A DNA stretch of 57,471 bases from Tubiluchus corallicola (taxonomy: Eukaryota; Animalia; Priapulida), in NCBI GenBank assembly GCA_030141605.1, contig JAQGDQ010001174.1, positions 1-57,471 on the forward strand, read 5' to 3'. The position numbers and the translations under genes are program-made. Under the pieces are notes generated by a model. That model saw nothing but the letters and a program-made list of their open reading frames with translations. It made no database searches and was not told the DNA's origin. How positions within the stretch are numbered: position 1 is the stretch's first letter; each line of letters begins with the position of its first letter. This document shows, in pieces, positions 41,801 through 54,800 of this stretch.

Positions 41801-42862
41801 GTCGCCTAAATTTAAAATCCCCGGCTTTCAAAGAAACGTATTACACTTGAATTTTCTGAGTTCGATCAAAAAGTCTCATGTTTATTACAGGCCTTGCAGT
41901 CTTGTGTGAACGAATTCCGTTTGGCAAAAGGAAAGGAGCCACTTAGTGAAGCAGTCTTGCAGCAGCCGGCACACATTGAAGAGGTGGCAGAGAGATATAC
42001 CAACCTCAAAGACAAGTGTAACACACTCAAGACACAGCTGTCTACTGTAGAAGACAAAAACAATGCTTTTACTGAGTCAGTAAACAAGTTAGCCGAATGG
42101 TTAGAACAGGTATTGCATGTGTTAAACCTTATGTCAGCAGACCTGTACAAGCAAAATTAGTCTGAACATTTGTGCTTTGTTTATTTTTCCATCATTTTTC
42201 TTTAGGTTCAGTTATATCATAGTAATGTCTGTAGCAATATGGTGGATCCTATTCGTACCTTTTTAACCTTCATTTATGTGCTTTCAAGGCTTACATGCAG
42301 TGATGTTCACCAATAGTTATCGTTATACACACGATAAAATCGATGTTAACTGGTTAATTAGTTCTTTTTGACACCTTTAGAATTCTTAATGGATTATATA
42401 GAATACCTTAATAAAGATAAAGGCTTTCTGGCAGTTGATATCTCTAAAATTCTCTACAGAATGTTTTAATTTTGTTATTTTTTAGTTGTTTGAGTAGCTG
42501 CTGTATTGTTGTGAAGTTATGTAAACACTCTTCAAGTCAGTCAGTTTCTCACAGAATGGACTATTATAATATGGTCCACGTCGGTCCGTTGTTCACAACT
42601 ACATTTAGATTTTCTCTTATACTTCTGCTTCGAGTGATTTGATCGATAGGAAACTTGGATGAGTGATTCTTTGATTAAGACATGCTACAGAACGCTCCTC
42701 CCCCCACAATAAAATCTACAATTTTCAATGTCTGTCTTAGTTAATTAATTTTTAAATTCCAATTCCACTATACAGCATCTAGAAACGTATATCTATCCAT
42801 TGTCTGAGCTATTTTTGCTATCTGTATATTAATTACGCTGGTATCTGGATTTACACATATAT

Positions 42863-42896
<34 letters not shown>

Positions 42897-45800
42897 TGTA
42901 TGTATGCAAAACAATGATTTGCAAAGAATAAAAATGGATTTTGATATTTTTCATATAGGTAGAAAGCAAAGCAGCAGAGGAAGTCACAAAACCGGTAAGT
43001 GCCGATCCTCACGACGTGAGTAACCAGGTAGCGGAAGTGAAGGCACTGAAGAGAGATATCGCTCTGCAGCGCCGCCTGGTGGACACCATGCAAGAATCTG
43101 CCATTGAGTTGGAAGCGATGGTGGAAGATATGCCTGAGCAGCGATCAGAAATCACAAAACTGCTGAAAGATTTTAATGCCAGATATGAGCAGGTAAATTT
43201 ATAATAAAATCTGCCTATGTTGACAAATCACAGATGTTCTACTTTCACCAGTTTTCTAATCAGCAGTTATTTTCTATTACGTCATGTTGTGAACATTTGT
43301 AAAATTTTATTTAACCGTAATTTATGTTAAAAATTAGGAAGTCAATTTTTGTTTTTTCACTACACTGTTGTATAGAATATTTTGGGAGTCAAAATTTCTG
43401 TGGCATTCTGTTCCAATTCTTGTTTGAGCAGCAACGTAAGTGTGGTTTCTAGAACATGGCTTGGCACGATTGTAGGAAGCATGTGCACGTGTCATAAACT
43501 AGATGACATTAGAACGATTGGTAACATTATAACTTGAGCAGTTGAGCAGATTAGTAAACAATTATACTCTGCAAGTACTGTTCTAGTTGCTTCTGCAATA
43601 GATTTTAGCACACCATAGTCAAATTTGCATAATGCTTATCAATACAAATACAGTCAAACATTGTTATGACGCCTCCCTCTTTATAATACCAATTTCGTTT
43701 AATGCCCATATTGTGTAAGTTTGCATAGACATGTATGTATTAATTCACCTCGTTATAATGCCAAACTCGCTTTAGTTCCAACTTTTTTGACATCCCAAAA
43801 TATGTAGTATAAAGAGATTTGACTGTACATGCTTTTTGTGTTTGCATTTTTTTCGTTTTTCGGTAATACGTGCAATGGGTTTTAAGATTTATCGTTTGTT
43901 TTTTTGCTTTTCTTGAGTTAAGTTTATGATTTGTTTGCTTGATTTCTTGATTTTGTTGAATTATTTACGCTTTTCTTGTATTAAATTGAAACTCATCTAC
44001 TCCCTGTCATAACTGTAAATGCACCTTAAATTATCTTGTCAATTACTGTTTTGTTGTTTCTTTTCTGCCTGACAGCTTACATTACATTTATAAACTTCCG
44101 ATAGAGGTGATCGACTTGGTGACCTTCGGTTTCTTTTCACCACCTCGTCTTGCTCTTTCTCTTTATGTTTGTTTATTACTTTGTGTATTTTTACTTTGTA
44201 ATAAAAAGAGATAAATAAATTTTTACTCACTTTTTACTGACTTGATCATTGCTAAAAAATGTAGATTATAATTAGGGCAGTCTTGTGGATGTCTTGGATG
44301 AGTTTGAAATGTTTCTTACTGCAAAAGAGTGAATCTTGACATCTCTGTTCTTGTTTCTTCAGATTGCAGCTACAGTTACTGAGAAAAATGCAGAGCTTGA
44401 GACAGTTCTGGTGAAATCACAGGATGTGCATGAGGCCGTGGCGGGTTTTCAGAGTTGGGCAAAGGATTTGGAGAAAAATATCAACAGCTTGAACAAAATC
44501 AGTTTAAACAGGTAATTGCATAAACACTGTTACCATCGAGCTATTCATACAAAGTTAATTTGTATATCAGACCATGGTGTTCTCTCATTTTGTTTTTAGC
44601 TGCTCTGTTTGTATGTGACTTATAATGGATTTATTTCTTCAAAGGAATGTAAACAAGGTCAAGATTACTTTTCAACATCAAGAAAAAGCAGTGATCCTTA
44701 ATAACAGCTTTTTAAATGTGCAACATTCTATTTTAATTTATGTTTTTTTTGGGACACGAAGGGAAGTACTGGAATCGCAGCTTCAAGAAATTAAGTTGCT
44801 GAAAACTGAAGTCGCCGAGACGCTACCAAATGTCGACGCCGTCACCGAGTCAGCTGAACAGCTGGTGCGGAAGAGTCCAGACAAGGCTCTGTCACAGAAA
44901 ATGAACAAGTTGAATGACAGGTACAAGTTCTGAAAAAGACAAACAATCATTTCAAGTAATAAGAGGAATAAAAATGTAAAGATGCTGGTAAGAAAATGGG
45001 TCACATATTTAAGTTGTCTTTCCGGTCTGCATTTGCTTAGTTTGCCGAAATTAATTTCATTTTATAACGCGATACTACTTTGATGCAATTTGAAACAAAG
45101 TATTTAATAAAAAAATACTTACAAAGGAAGACATGACATTTCAGTTCCCCATTGGAAAAAATAAGAAAGGAAAAGAAAAGAAAAAAGGCAAAGGGAAAAA
45201 GAAAGAGAAAGGGAGGGGAAAGGAAGTGAAGGGAAATGAAGGGATAGGAGAGAAAGGAAAGGAAATGAACGAAAAAAGGAAAGAAAAGAGAAGTAAAAAA
45301 CACCATTTATTTTTTCACCTGAAGATAGTGCACAATGAATTGACTGTAACATAGTGCCTTTTTTATTATTGAATTTTTTTTATTAATTTTGCCTATGCTT
45401 GTGATCTAGAATTATCCTTTATTATTGATACAGTACATTATTTAGTTCAGCCTCATTTTCTAACGATGATAAATTTTTGTTTTAAGATTATGTTATGATT
45501 GTCTTTTATAGGTTAGGAACGGTACAAGAGAAGTTAGAAGACAGATGTCAAGTGTTAGAGGCAACTAGAGAGCAACTCGATCAGTTTCTAGCCGTCTCAA
45601 CTGATGCAGAAGAATGGCTGAATGAAATAACGTCAGTTATGAGTGCGCCTGATCTGCATTCCTTAGATGACAGCCAGCTTAAACATGTTGTAGACGAGCA
45701 AGCAACCAGTATGGAAGCGAGGCGACAAGAGTTTGCAGACTTGATTGAACTAGGTTTGTTTTGCTCGATAAGAAATGCTTATAATTTGGATATAATTGAA

Positions 45801-48800
45801 AATGCAGGCACCTCGGCATTGTGTTATTCTGAAAGAATTGCTGCATATTGAAATAATTTCAATGGTATAAAAATCTTTTTATCTTGCTAATATTTTTTAA
45901 TAATTTTTATATAAATGTGTGCTGTCCATCATCACTTATTTTGCTCATATAGGTTTACAAAATTACATTGCATTGGCCAGAAAGCTTATAGTTGCCACTC
46001 ATTCAGCAATCGACCTATTATCCTTTAAATTAAGAAGTTCCATAAATTTAATTATGAAAGTGATGAGAATCAATTGTGTACAGAACTTTCGTAGGTTAGC
46101 ATAGTTTGCTAACTTTTGTTGTTTTGCATATTTTAACGAACAATCCTGATAATCCACAGAATATATACATATATATTCTGTTTTTTTTGATATACCTGTT
46201 TGAAATGTAAGCATAACCTTTTTAAAACCCCTTTAACAACATTTGGTAAAGTTAGTGCACATCTGATTTTAGGCAAAGAGCTGGTGAAAAGGAGTGATGT
46301 TGTTGATGCTGGGTCTTGCAAGGACATCATCAAACAGTTAGAAAAGAAATGGCGGACGTTTGAGAACATGGTGGAAGAGAAGAACGAACTGGTCGATGAA
46401 CGAATGCACTTGCGGGAGAAATACGAGAATCTGTTGGCCAGCATTGACGAATGGGAGACGAACATGGAACTGCAGGTCGACGAGCTTTCTGTCGTGTCAG
46501 AGGACACTCAAGAAATTCAACAGATTCTTACAAACGTAGAGGTGTGACTTTCTGGATTACTAAAAAGCAATAAAGAAGGCGTCGCACCATTTATTACTTT
46601 CACTGGAGAGTTAATATTAAAGCTAATATCAGTTAACAATTTCCTTTTATTAACATGAATTTGTTAACCTCTTGTGCGATAGAACGCATCACACATAAAC
46701 TATTTCGTGAGATTTGATCTTGAAATTGTGACTACATCATCAAATATATCAGACAAATTTGAGAAACTGTCAGAGTAGCTAACCTTCACAGTTTAACTTT
46801 GTAAAATTTAAAAATAGACAAATATTTATAGTGAATATAAATTTTTGTGAAACAGACTCATGTTAAAGCAGATAACAATTAAAATCATAAACAATTTATT
46901 AGGCCATTCTCACAGTCATTATCTTTGATTTTGCCCAAGGGAGTTTTCTTAATTGGCAATAAACTTTTAGGTTGTTAAAGCTCTCGTAAATTTTTTATAA
47001 ATTTTAGACTACTACTTGCTTTTATGAAAGTTGGATATATTAACTTTCGTTTACCTACAAATAGTTTCTAACCTCATACTTTTCCTGGCATTTACATTGG
47101 CAGTAACACATCTTGCTGTGCTTTCAGGCCTTGCTGACTGAGCACAAAGACTGCGGATCAACTGTTGATGATTTCCTAGAATGTGGAGCCAAGTTTGACG
47201 AGATCATGCATGGTGAGAAAAGGACTTACGTTCGCAAGACTGCACCTCGCCCATCTGTTGGTATGCTGGTTGAATCATGAGATTAATATTTATTTTAATT
47301 TGCCAGAAGTGTCATACTGACACTTTCGACAAATTCTTCTGAGTTAACCTGCATGTTGTTTTACCAATTTAGAAATGACGGAGATACAGTCAAAAATGCA
47401 GGAAGTCACGCAAAGGTACGACAAGATCGGAGAAGAACTGACAAACAAACAAGGTCAGCTTAAAGCTACAGAAACCGACATTGAGAGCCTTCTAGCGCAG
47501 ATAAAGGTAAGGTCATTATTAGATATCAAATGTTCATTGGCAAACTATATAGGACACTATTACGTTTCGAAGAAGGTGAAACAATACATGTATATCATAG
47601 TTGCTTTCTGTCACATTAAACATGTGGGTTGCATTTTGATAGCAAACAAATCTTATTCAAATGAGGAAAATATCATAGGATGGAGCTGACTACCCTTTTT
47701 GTGTAAAACTTTGCCAACTCTGGTTAGTATTCGGACGGGTGTCTGCTGGGTGATTTTTTGGCTTGGTAGTTTTTGTGGCATGACCAAATAGAAAAATCCT
47801 TGTTTTTCCAAGCCCAAAACCTCTATTAGTTCAGTAATCTTGTCTTAGCATTGTATAAGCTTATAATGCATAGTTAAACACAGAATTAGATTTTTATATA
47901 ATAGGCAGATACACTGACATTTTGTTGACTTTTTTATTAAAAAGTTATAATTTCTAAATTCGTATGAGCTTTTTTCTTGATGTAAATCAGCAATGTGCAA
48001 AATCTTATGAATAAGAAAAAACTAACTTACCGACAGCCTAATTCACAATTTCTCTGAACTCCAAAATGTTTGCCTTACCTGTGCTAATTGAATATTACTG
48101 AAATTGCATTTCAGGAATTAACAAAATGGGCTGAGAATCAGAGTACTGCGCCTTCGCCCGATATCCCCGTGGAGGTGAATCAAGCAAAAGGGGAACTGAA
48201 AAATTTGCAGGGGAGAATCTCCGATCTGGAACAGACGGGCAAGAAAATTGATGACATTAAGACAAGAGTGGCACACGTTTCACAGCAAGAATCCGACTCG
48301 CATTGGTTTACCATTGTGCAAGATGATTTAGAGAATTTAGGTATATATGTAATTGTATTAAAGCGCGAACAGTTAGTACACTAATCGTCTTCATAATCGG
48401 TTCTGATGGATTGGGCATAAGAAGAATTGGAAATCGGACCCGTATATCCAGCATATATTCAAGCACTCCAAGACGTTGTGTGTGTATGCGCCCTAAGTAT
48501 TGTGGTACCTACGATTAATTAATCGAAACAGACAATAATTTAAAGCTCATTTGTTTAAAAAAATAGAATGAAATATGAGTTATGGTTGGATTTATGTATT
48601 TAATTAATTAAGTTCTGGCCACGTCGTAAAGTCAAACAGTCAAACGACTACCTGTAATTATTCAGTTTTCTTATTAATAGATGTCACTATGTTATGCATA
48701 ATATACTGCTGTTAGCATTAACAGAAACTAGCCTGTCTTAAACAAATATGTTTTCTTGGTTAACATTTTTGATAACTTTCTAATTTGTGTCACATTCATA

Positions 48801-51800
48801 ATTTTATAGCAGCAAATTTGGACTAAGTTGTTTTAATAAGCTTATTTTTTACAATAGTTTGAATATTCTTTGCGTTTATGTTAACAGTATGATAAGCTTG
48901 ATGTTTTATCTTGTTTAGGTTTTATGTTTTCTTGTTAAATAGGACTGGTTAAGTAACCATTTTGCTGATATTGATTTTTGATTAGTTATGCTAAAAATTG
49001 TCAGCATTTACTATGTTTTAATAAAAAATTTTCACTTGGCATGCTTGTATATTTTCAGTATGCTTCTAGAATTATTGCTATCACATAGTTTTGTTTTCTT
49101 GGTTTAGATAAAAAGTGGACCGATCTAAAGTCGCCATACGAACACAAGATGAAAACGTTAGAGGAAGTGGTTGCATTCCAGCACGCTCACGGAAAATTAT
49201 CGACCTGGTTAAACCAGAAAGACAAACTAATGGTTGTCTTGGGATCCATTGCCACTGAACCCAGGCTTATTACTAACCAGATGCAGCAGGTTCAGGTGGG
49301 CAAAAAACTGTAGTCTTGCACCTGAAGCAAACTTTTTGCACACTTATAGATAGCATTTTGAACCTAGAATTGTGATGCATATGCATTCGTTTCTTGAAAG
49401 AGATGTTTTTAGACCTGTGTACCAACCATGCATGGCTTCATTATTATTGTAGCACACGTTTAGTGACATTTGCAGAAGAGTTTCTTCCTCAAATGGGCTG
49501 TGGTTTATTTAATTTTTCTTAGCATGTTGTGATTTATCGAGTAGAGATGCCTGGAATTAATTGACCTGGCAAATAAAACTGTGCCTAGCTAAGAGAACTG
49601 CAATTTTCACAATCATAAAACAGAATTTCATAAGTTAATTAGGTTTATGTGGTATCAAGTCTGTAACATTATTTGGCCAAACAATTTGCAGTCTTAGTCA
49701 TCAGAATTATCAAGTTGCTGTGCTTTGACTAATATGAGAAACCTTAACTACAGAGCTTTGTGGCTTAATGGACCGAGTGTTTCGTTTAATTTTGTAAACT
49801 GTCTTCTAGTAGCATCACGACCCTGGTGTTGAAGAACCTAAACATTTAAATGTCTGTTGGCATGTGTCGGGTGAAACAATGCTACATTAGCAAAGACAAA
49901 CAAATGAACAGAGTTCTTTTCTTGCTAGGTTTTGCAAGATGAATTCAATGATGCTCAAGTTCTAGTAGATGGTGTAAATGATACAGCTTCAAACATGTTA
50001 GAAAATCTAGATCCTGATAGTGAGGAGGCAGAGACTTTTGTAGAAAAGGTAAGCATACTGCAGATAGTTATTGAATTGACTGACCTGTATTGTCTTCCAT
50101 TATTTTTCTTCACTTAGATTGGGCACATTTTCTTGGCATTATAGTAGTTTGCCCTAGTTCCGTCCTGCAAAATAACCGTGTAGATTTTTTCTTATGGATC
50201 AGTATGTATGTGTATGGAGTGTGAATAGGTCTATGAACTGCTGTAAAATTGTGTCTTAAGCCACTTGTGCCGTATTAGAGATATTTTGGGAAAATTTTAA
50301 TGGTATGAGCAACGTGAGATAGCTAAAAATTGTTTCATCATCGTGACATCTTTTTATGGTACTTGGATGCTGTTGAAGTTAACACCTTTGAAGTGGGAAA
50401 TAGACAAGTGGTTACAGTGTGTCCTTAGCTATGAGAGTTAAGCAAAGAACGGCCTAGTTAATAAATGACTGGACGAGTTTTGTGGGCAGATTTATCTGTG
50501 TTACTGTCTTCAGTAATATTTTTGTTTTATATGAACTAACACTGATTGTCTGTCTTCTATTATGATGGTCAATGTTTTAAAATGGCAAATAAAGATTTTA
50601 CTACTACTACTACTTCAGGTATTTTTCTCATCTATGGAGGACATTTACACATCTGAACACAGCTGAGAAACTTTTGCCAGTTCAGTATTTCATCTTAGAC
50701 TATTTTCTCAACAATGAAGCTAGATTCCAGTGACGTGGCAGAGATTTACCTTAATACAGTACATGTAGTCTCTATCTTTCAGTTGTGATTCTAGCTTAGA
50801 GAGTCTGAGTGTAAAAAAGATGCGTAACGAAGTGAGATTTCAGCTGATTCACTTAGTATAAAAAACCACGCAGGGCTGTTATAGGTAATGATTACAGTAA
50901 CTGAACTGTGTGCTACTAGCTTTCATGTGTTGCAGCTGATGGGAGTCACTAATCATTATTCCGAGTTATCGGAGCGTCTAAGCAAGCGGAAGCAACAGCT
51001 GAACAATGCTTACACAATATGCTGTGATTTGCATTCCAACATGCAACAATGTAACGACTGGCTGGTCAACACGAGTGCAAAGATGGACACAATGACAATA
51101 GCACCGGCGGCTAATCAGCTCAAAACAGTTCAGGTAGAACAATTCTGCTTCAGAATTTGTTTATGCTGAATTCTTTCCAGCTAGCTGTAGAATTATACTC
51201 GGGCCTAATATCAGGACCAAAATTGAGCTAGGTATGAATCGCCACTGTTTGTGTTGAAACTAAAAAATGGGGCCTTTGTTGTTTGAATTATATATTTGCA
51301 TATGACAAACAGCTTACAAAATCAAATAAAAATATTGCTTATTAGAGCAGATTGTAATGGCTAAGCTATGTAAAAATACATGACATACATTTAACTGTAG
51401 ACATTCAAGTAGCTAACAGTAGCCATTCAGTTTTATGGCTGGCCAAACATGATTGAACAAGCAAACGAACAAGCTCATGAACAACCAAATAAACTGATAA
51501 TCGAGTAAGTGAGCAAAGAAAGAAGCAAGCAAAAATCAATGAATGAATGAATGAGGGTGCATACAGTCAGGCTTTTAAGACAACTAATTACTTACAATTA
51601 ATTAGTTTTCATATAAGTTCGGAAATTTATATCTAACACCATCAGTCTGCATGCAAAATTTGTTGTTTTTGTTTTTCAGATAAGTACGTACATTTAACTT
51701 TTTATATATTTAGAGCTTGGAAGTCGAAATTGCTGAAAACAAGACACTTCTCGGAGAGGTAGTAACCAGTTGCAATGAGCTGTGTGATATTTTGAAAGAT

Positions 51801-54800
51801 CCCGTAACAAACAATGAGATAAAGAATAAGCTTTCAGGCTTGCAGAAAGGTTTTCAGGATTTGGAGACTAAAATTGGTGAGTTTTTTATTAGTTTTTCTG
51901 ATAGCCTTGTTTTGAAAAGTCATGTAATCAATTTATGATAACAATAAATAGAGTCAGCAAGAAGTAATTAAAAACTTGCTGGGTCTTGATTTGTACAGGT
52001 AGCATTTATCTGATGTTCTTAAACATATTTCGCTGATGTTCTTAAACATATGTTAATTGCAACACCTACGCAGAAAGATTGCTAACCTGTAATGTTTTTT
52101 AAGACTGCAACCCATTTATTTTTTTGAGTATGCAGAGAAGTTGAACGTCTTTCTTGTTTTGTTGAAAAAAGCTGAAGAGAAGGAGAAACTGCACTGTTTG
52201 CTGGAAGAAGGCGAATCGTTTGAAACCGAGTATGAAGAGATGGCGGAGTGGCTGACTCAGCAGCAAGAACTCTTCGGACAGGAGTTGGAGTTGTCTGCAG
52301 AGCCAACCAAACTGGAAAAGCAGTTTGATGAACACGAGGTAAACATCTCAGAGATTCGGCCATCTTAATGGGAACATAAAAATTATAATTGTCATAATTT
52401 TTTATGTTTATAAGTATTTTGATAATTTGGCATTGTTACCGTTCTTCATATATAGAAAACTTGTGGTATTTGTCATTGTTTACTAGCAATTTGTCTTAAA
52501 CTTAAAGTTAGCTCTCCATGCTATAAGGCCATAAGGCCAAGACAAATTCTCTGTTTCCAAACTCTTGTCTTTTGCCACCCTTTGGCCTTGTTCCGAATCC
52601 TCCATTCTGCATGTCTCATCTCTGCTTTCACCGTCCTTCTCCATGTCGTTTTCGATCTCCTCGGGACTATCTTTCTCCCTTCTGCTGTCCATTGATCTCA
52701 GTCTTGCAGTCGATTCCACTTCCCTCCAAAGTACATGTCTATTCCAAGTCTAATTCCTCTTCCAAAACTCATCACTTACAATGTTTATCCATGACCTCTC
52801 TGAATCTGTACAACACTTTCACTCTTCGGACAAAAGATAATTTGCATAGAAGATGATTAGTGTAATTAGCTAATTAACGTTCTTTTTATTTTAAGTACGC
52901 AAAGGAAAAATATTGAGTCAATTAAGCGAAGTTATTTGAGTCAATTACCGATAGTTTTTACGTATATTTTAATAGAAGCGGCCCATTTCAGGCGTTTTTG
53001 AGTCTTTTAAGCAATTGAAACAATACGTAACTTCTTATAATTGTGCTTCGTTCAGTTACGTATTGCTTAAAGATCTTTTATTATTGACAGTTTGCTCATA
53101 AGGAAATAGGTGAAAGAGAGGCGCAGTTTGAACACATGTTGAGTCTTGGGCAAGAATTTTTGGAAAAATTGTCACCTGCAGAAAGGAGAATCTATGACCA
53201 AAAACTGGCTAAAATGAAGTAAGCTTGAGTTTATTCATTTAAATATTTCATATCACCCTGGTTTTTTACAAAATTGTCAAAAGTGACATTGAGAATAAGT
53301 TTGGTCATTTTAAACTTTCTACAATGTTTACTGTCACATCAAATTGGGTAACGTGCTCAAACTGTTTTGACTGTTTGCTTTTTTTATAATGTCTACAGAT
53401 TTTTGGTACCGTAGTCGCCACTTAATAGACTCACGGTTAATAGACTCAATTGCTTAAAAGACTCAAAAACGCCTGAAATGGGCCGCTTCTATTAAAATAT
53501 ACGTAAAAACTATCGGTAATTGACTCAAATAACTTCGCTTAATTGACTCAATATTTTTCCTTTGCGTACTTAAAATAAGACATTTGTATGTGCCCCAAAC
53601 AGCCTTTCCTACTTTACTTCCTTACTTATGTCATCTTTACTTCCCTTTTGTGCATTATATATGTAGAAACAATCATGTTAAGTACGGTTTTGTTTGTAAA
53701 CAGGTACATTTATCATGCGCTAATACGCTAGCGTTACTCTTTTGCTTTGAATCTGTTTCCCGCTCACCCACTGCAATTAACCTCGTTACCCAAAGAATTT
53801 CTGGAAGCTAAACATTTAATCACTTGTCTAGCGGTTTCCTTTTGAAGCTCTCCATTCAGGCCACATTGCAAATAACCGATGACAAAATCGTCACCATTAC
53901 AAGGGGAGCCAAGACGAATCTACAGAGGACGACGAAACCACTTGAAAGGCAAACAAGGGCACCATCAACTGCAGCTCATGTATGCCAAGCACTAAGTGTT
54001 TTGCGAGAAAACGTGCATCACACAGCAACAGATTTTCAATGATTTTCATTGTTTCTACCTTTGAATAGGAGTGGCCTGTACCTGGCGTTTTGAGTCAGTT
54101 AAGCGATTGATTCTGTTAACTGTGAGTCTAAACAGCGACTGCTGTGTATATGAACATGGACAAGACAATTAGTGTCACCGTATTTGAACCTAGAGGATTG
54201 TTCTTGATAATGACTTATGTTCTAGTCCTGCCACATTAGTCACTATGATAAGTAAGTCCTGTTATTGGACTTGTAGCTTGCAGTAAGCTGGACTTTGTAA
54301 AAACTTAATGAACTTCAAAAATGCATCCAATCTTTATCCTATTGTAGCTTCATAAATGTTAAGCAATGCTAGGGGTGAAGATATACTTGTAAATCTTCAA
54401 GTTTTTAATTTTAGGATTTTTTAATTTTTAGGCAACAAATGAAAGATGTGACGAGACAGGCTGACAAGCAACATGGAAAGCTTGAGAAGACCATTCAAAA
54501 GGCTAAAAACTTTCAGAATGCTTGTGACAATCTTGTGCCGTGGATTGAAGAGAGCGAAGAGCGACTAGAGAGCATGAAATGTCGACGTCTGAGCATAAGG
54601 GAAAGTGAAAAACTCTTGGAAGATGTGAAGGTAGCAATTTGTATTAAAATTTAGTTGACAGGAAAGGTATGGTGGTCAAGTAATTGGCGGTCAAGTAAGC
54701 GGCACCTGGTTGCCACTCCAGAGGTTTTTAGTTCGAATCCCACCCATGTCAGGATTATTCGTACCATTTACCACTCGAACAGGTTCTGGCTACCTTCCTG

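Noticed and set aside
45037-45354. Lys/Glu-rich and Phe/Leu-rich ORFs
   Set aside because: The two strands of a polypurine tract.
54680-54750. tRNA gene
   Set aside because: A B box is present but I cannot fold acceptor or anticodon stems; better explained as a SINE head.
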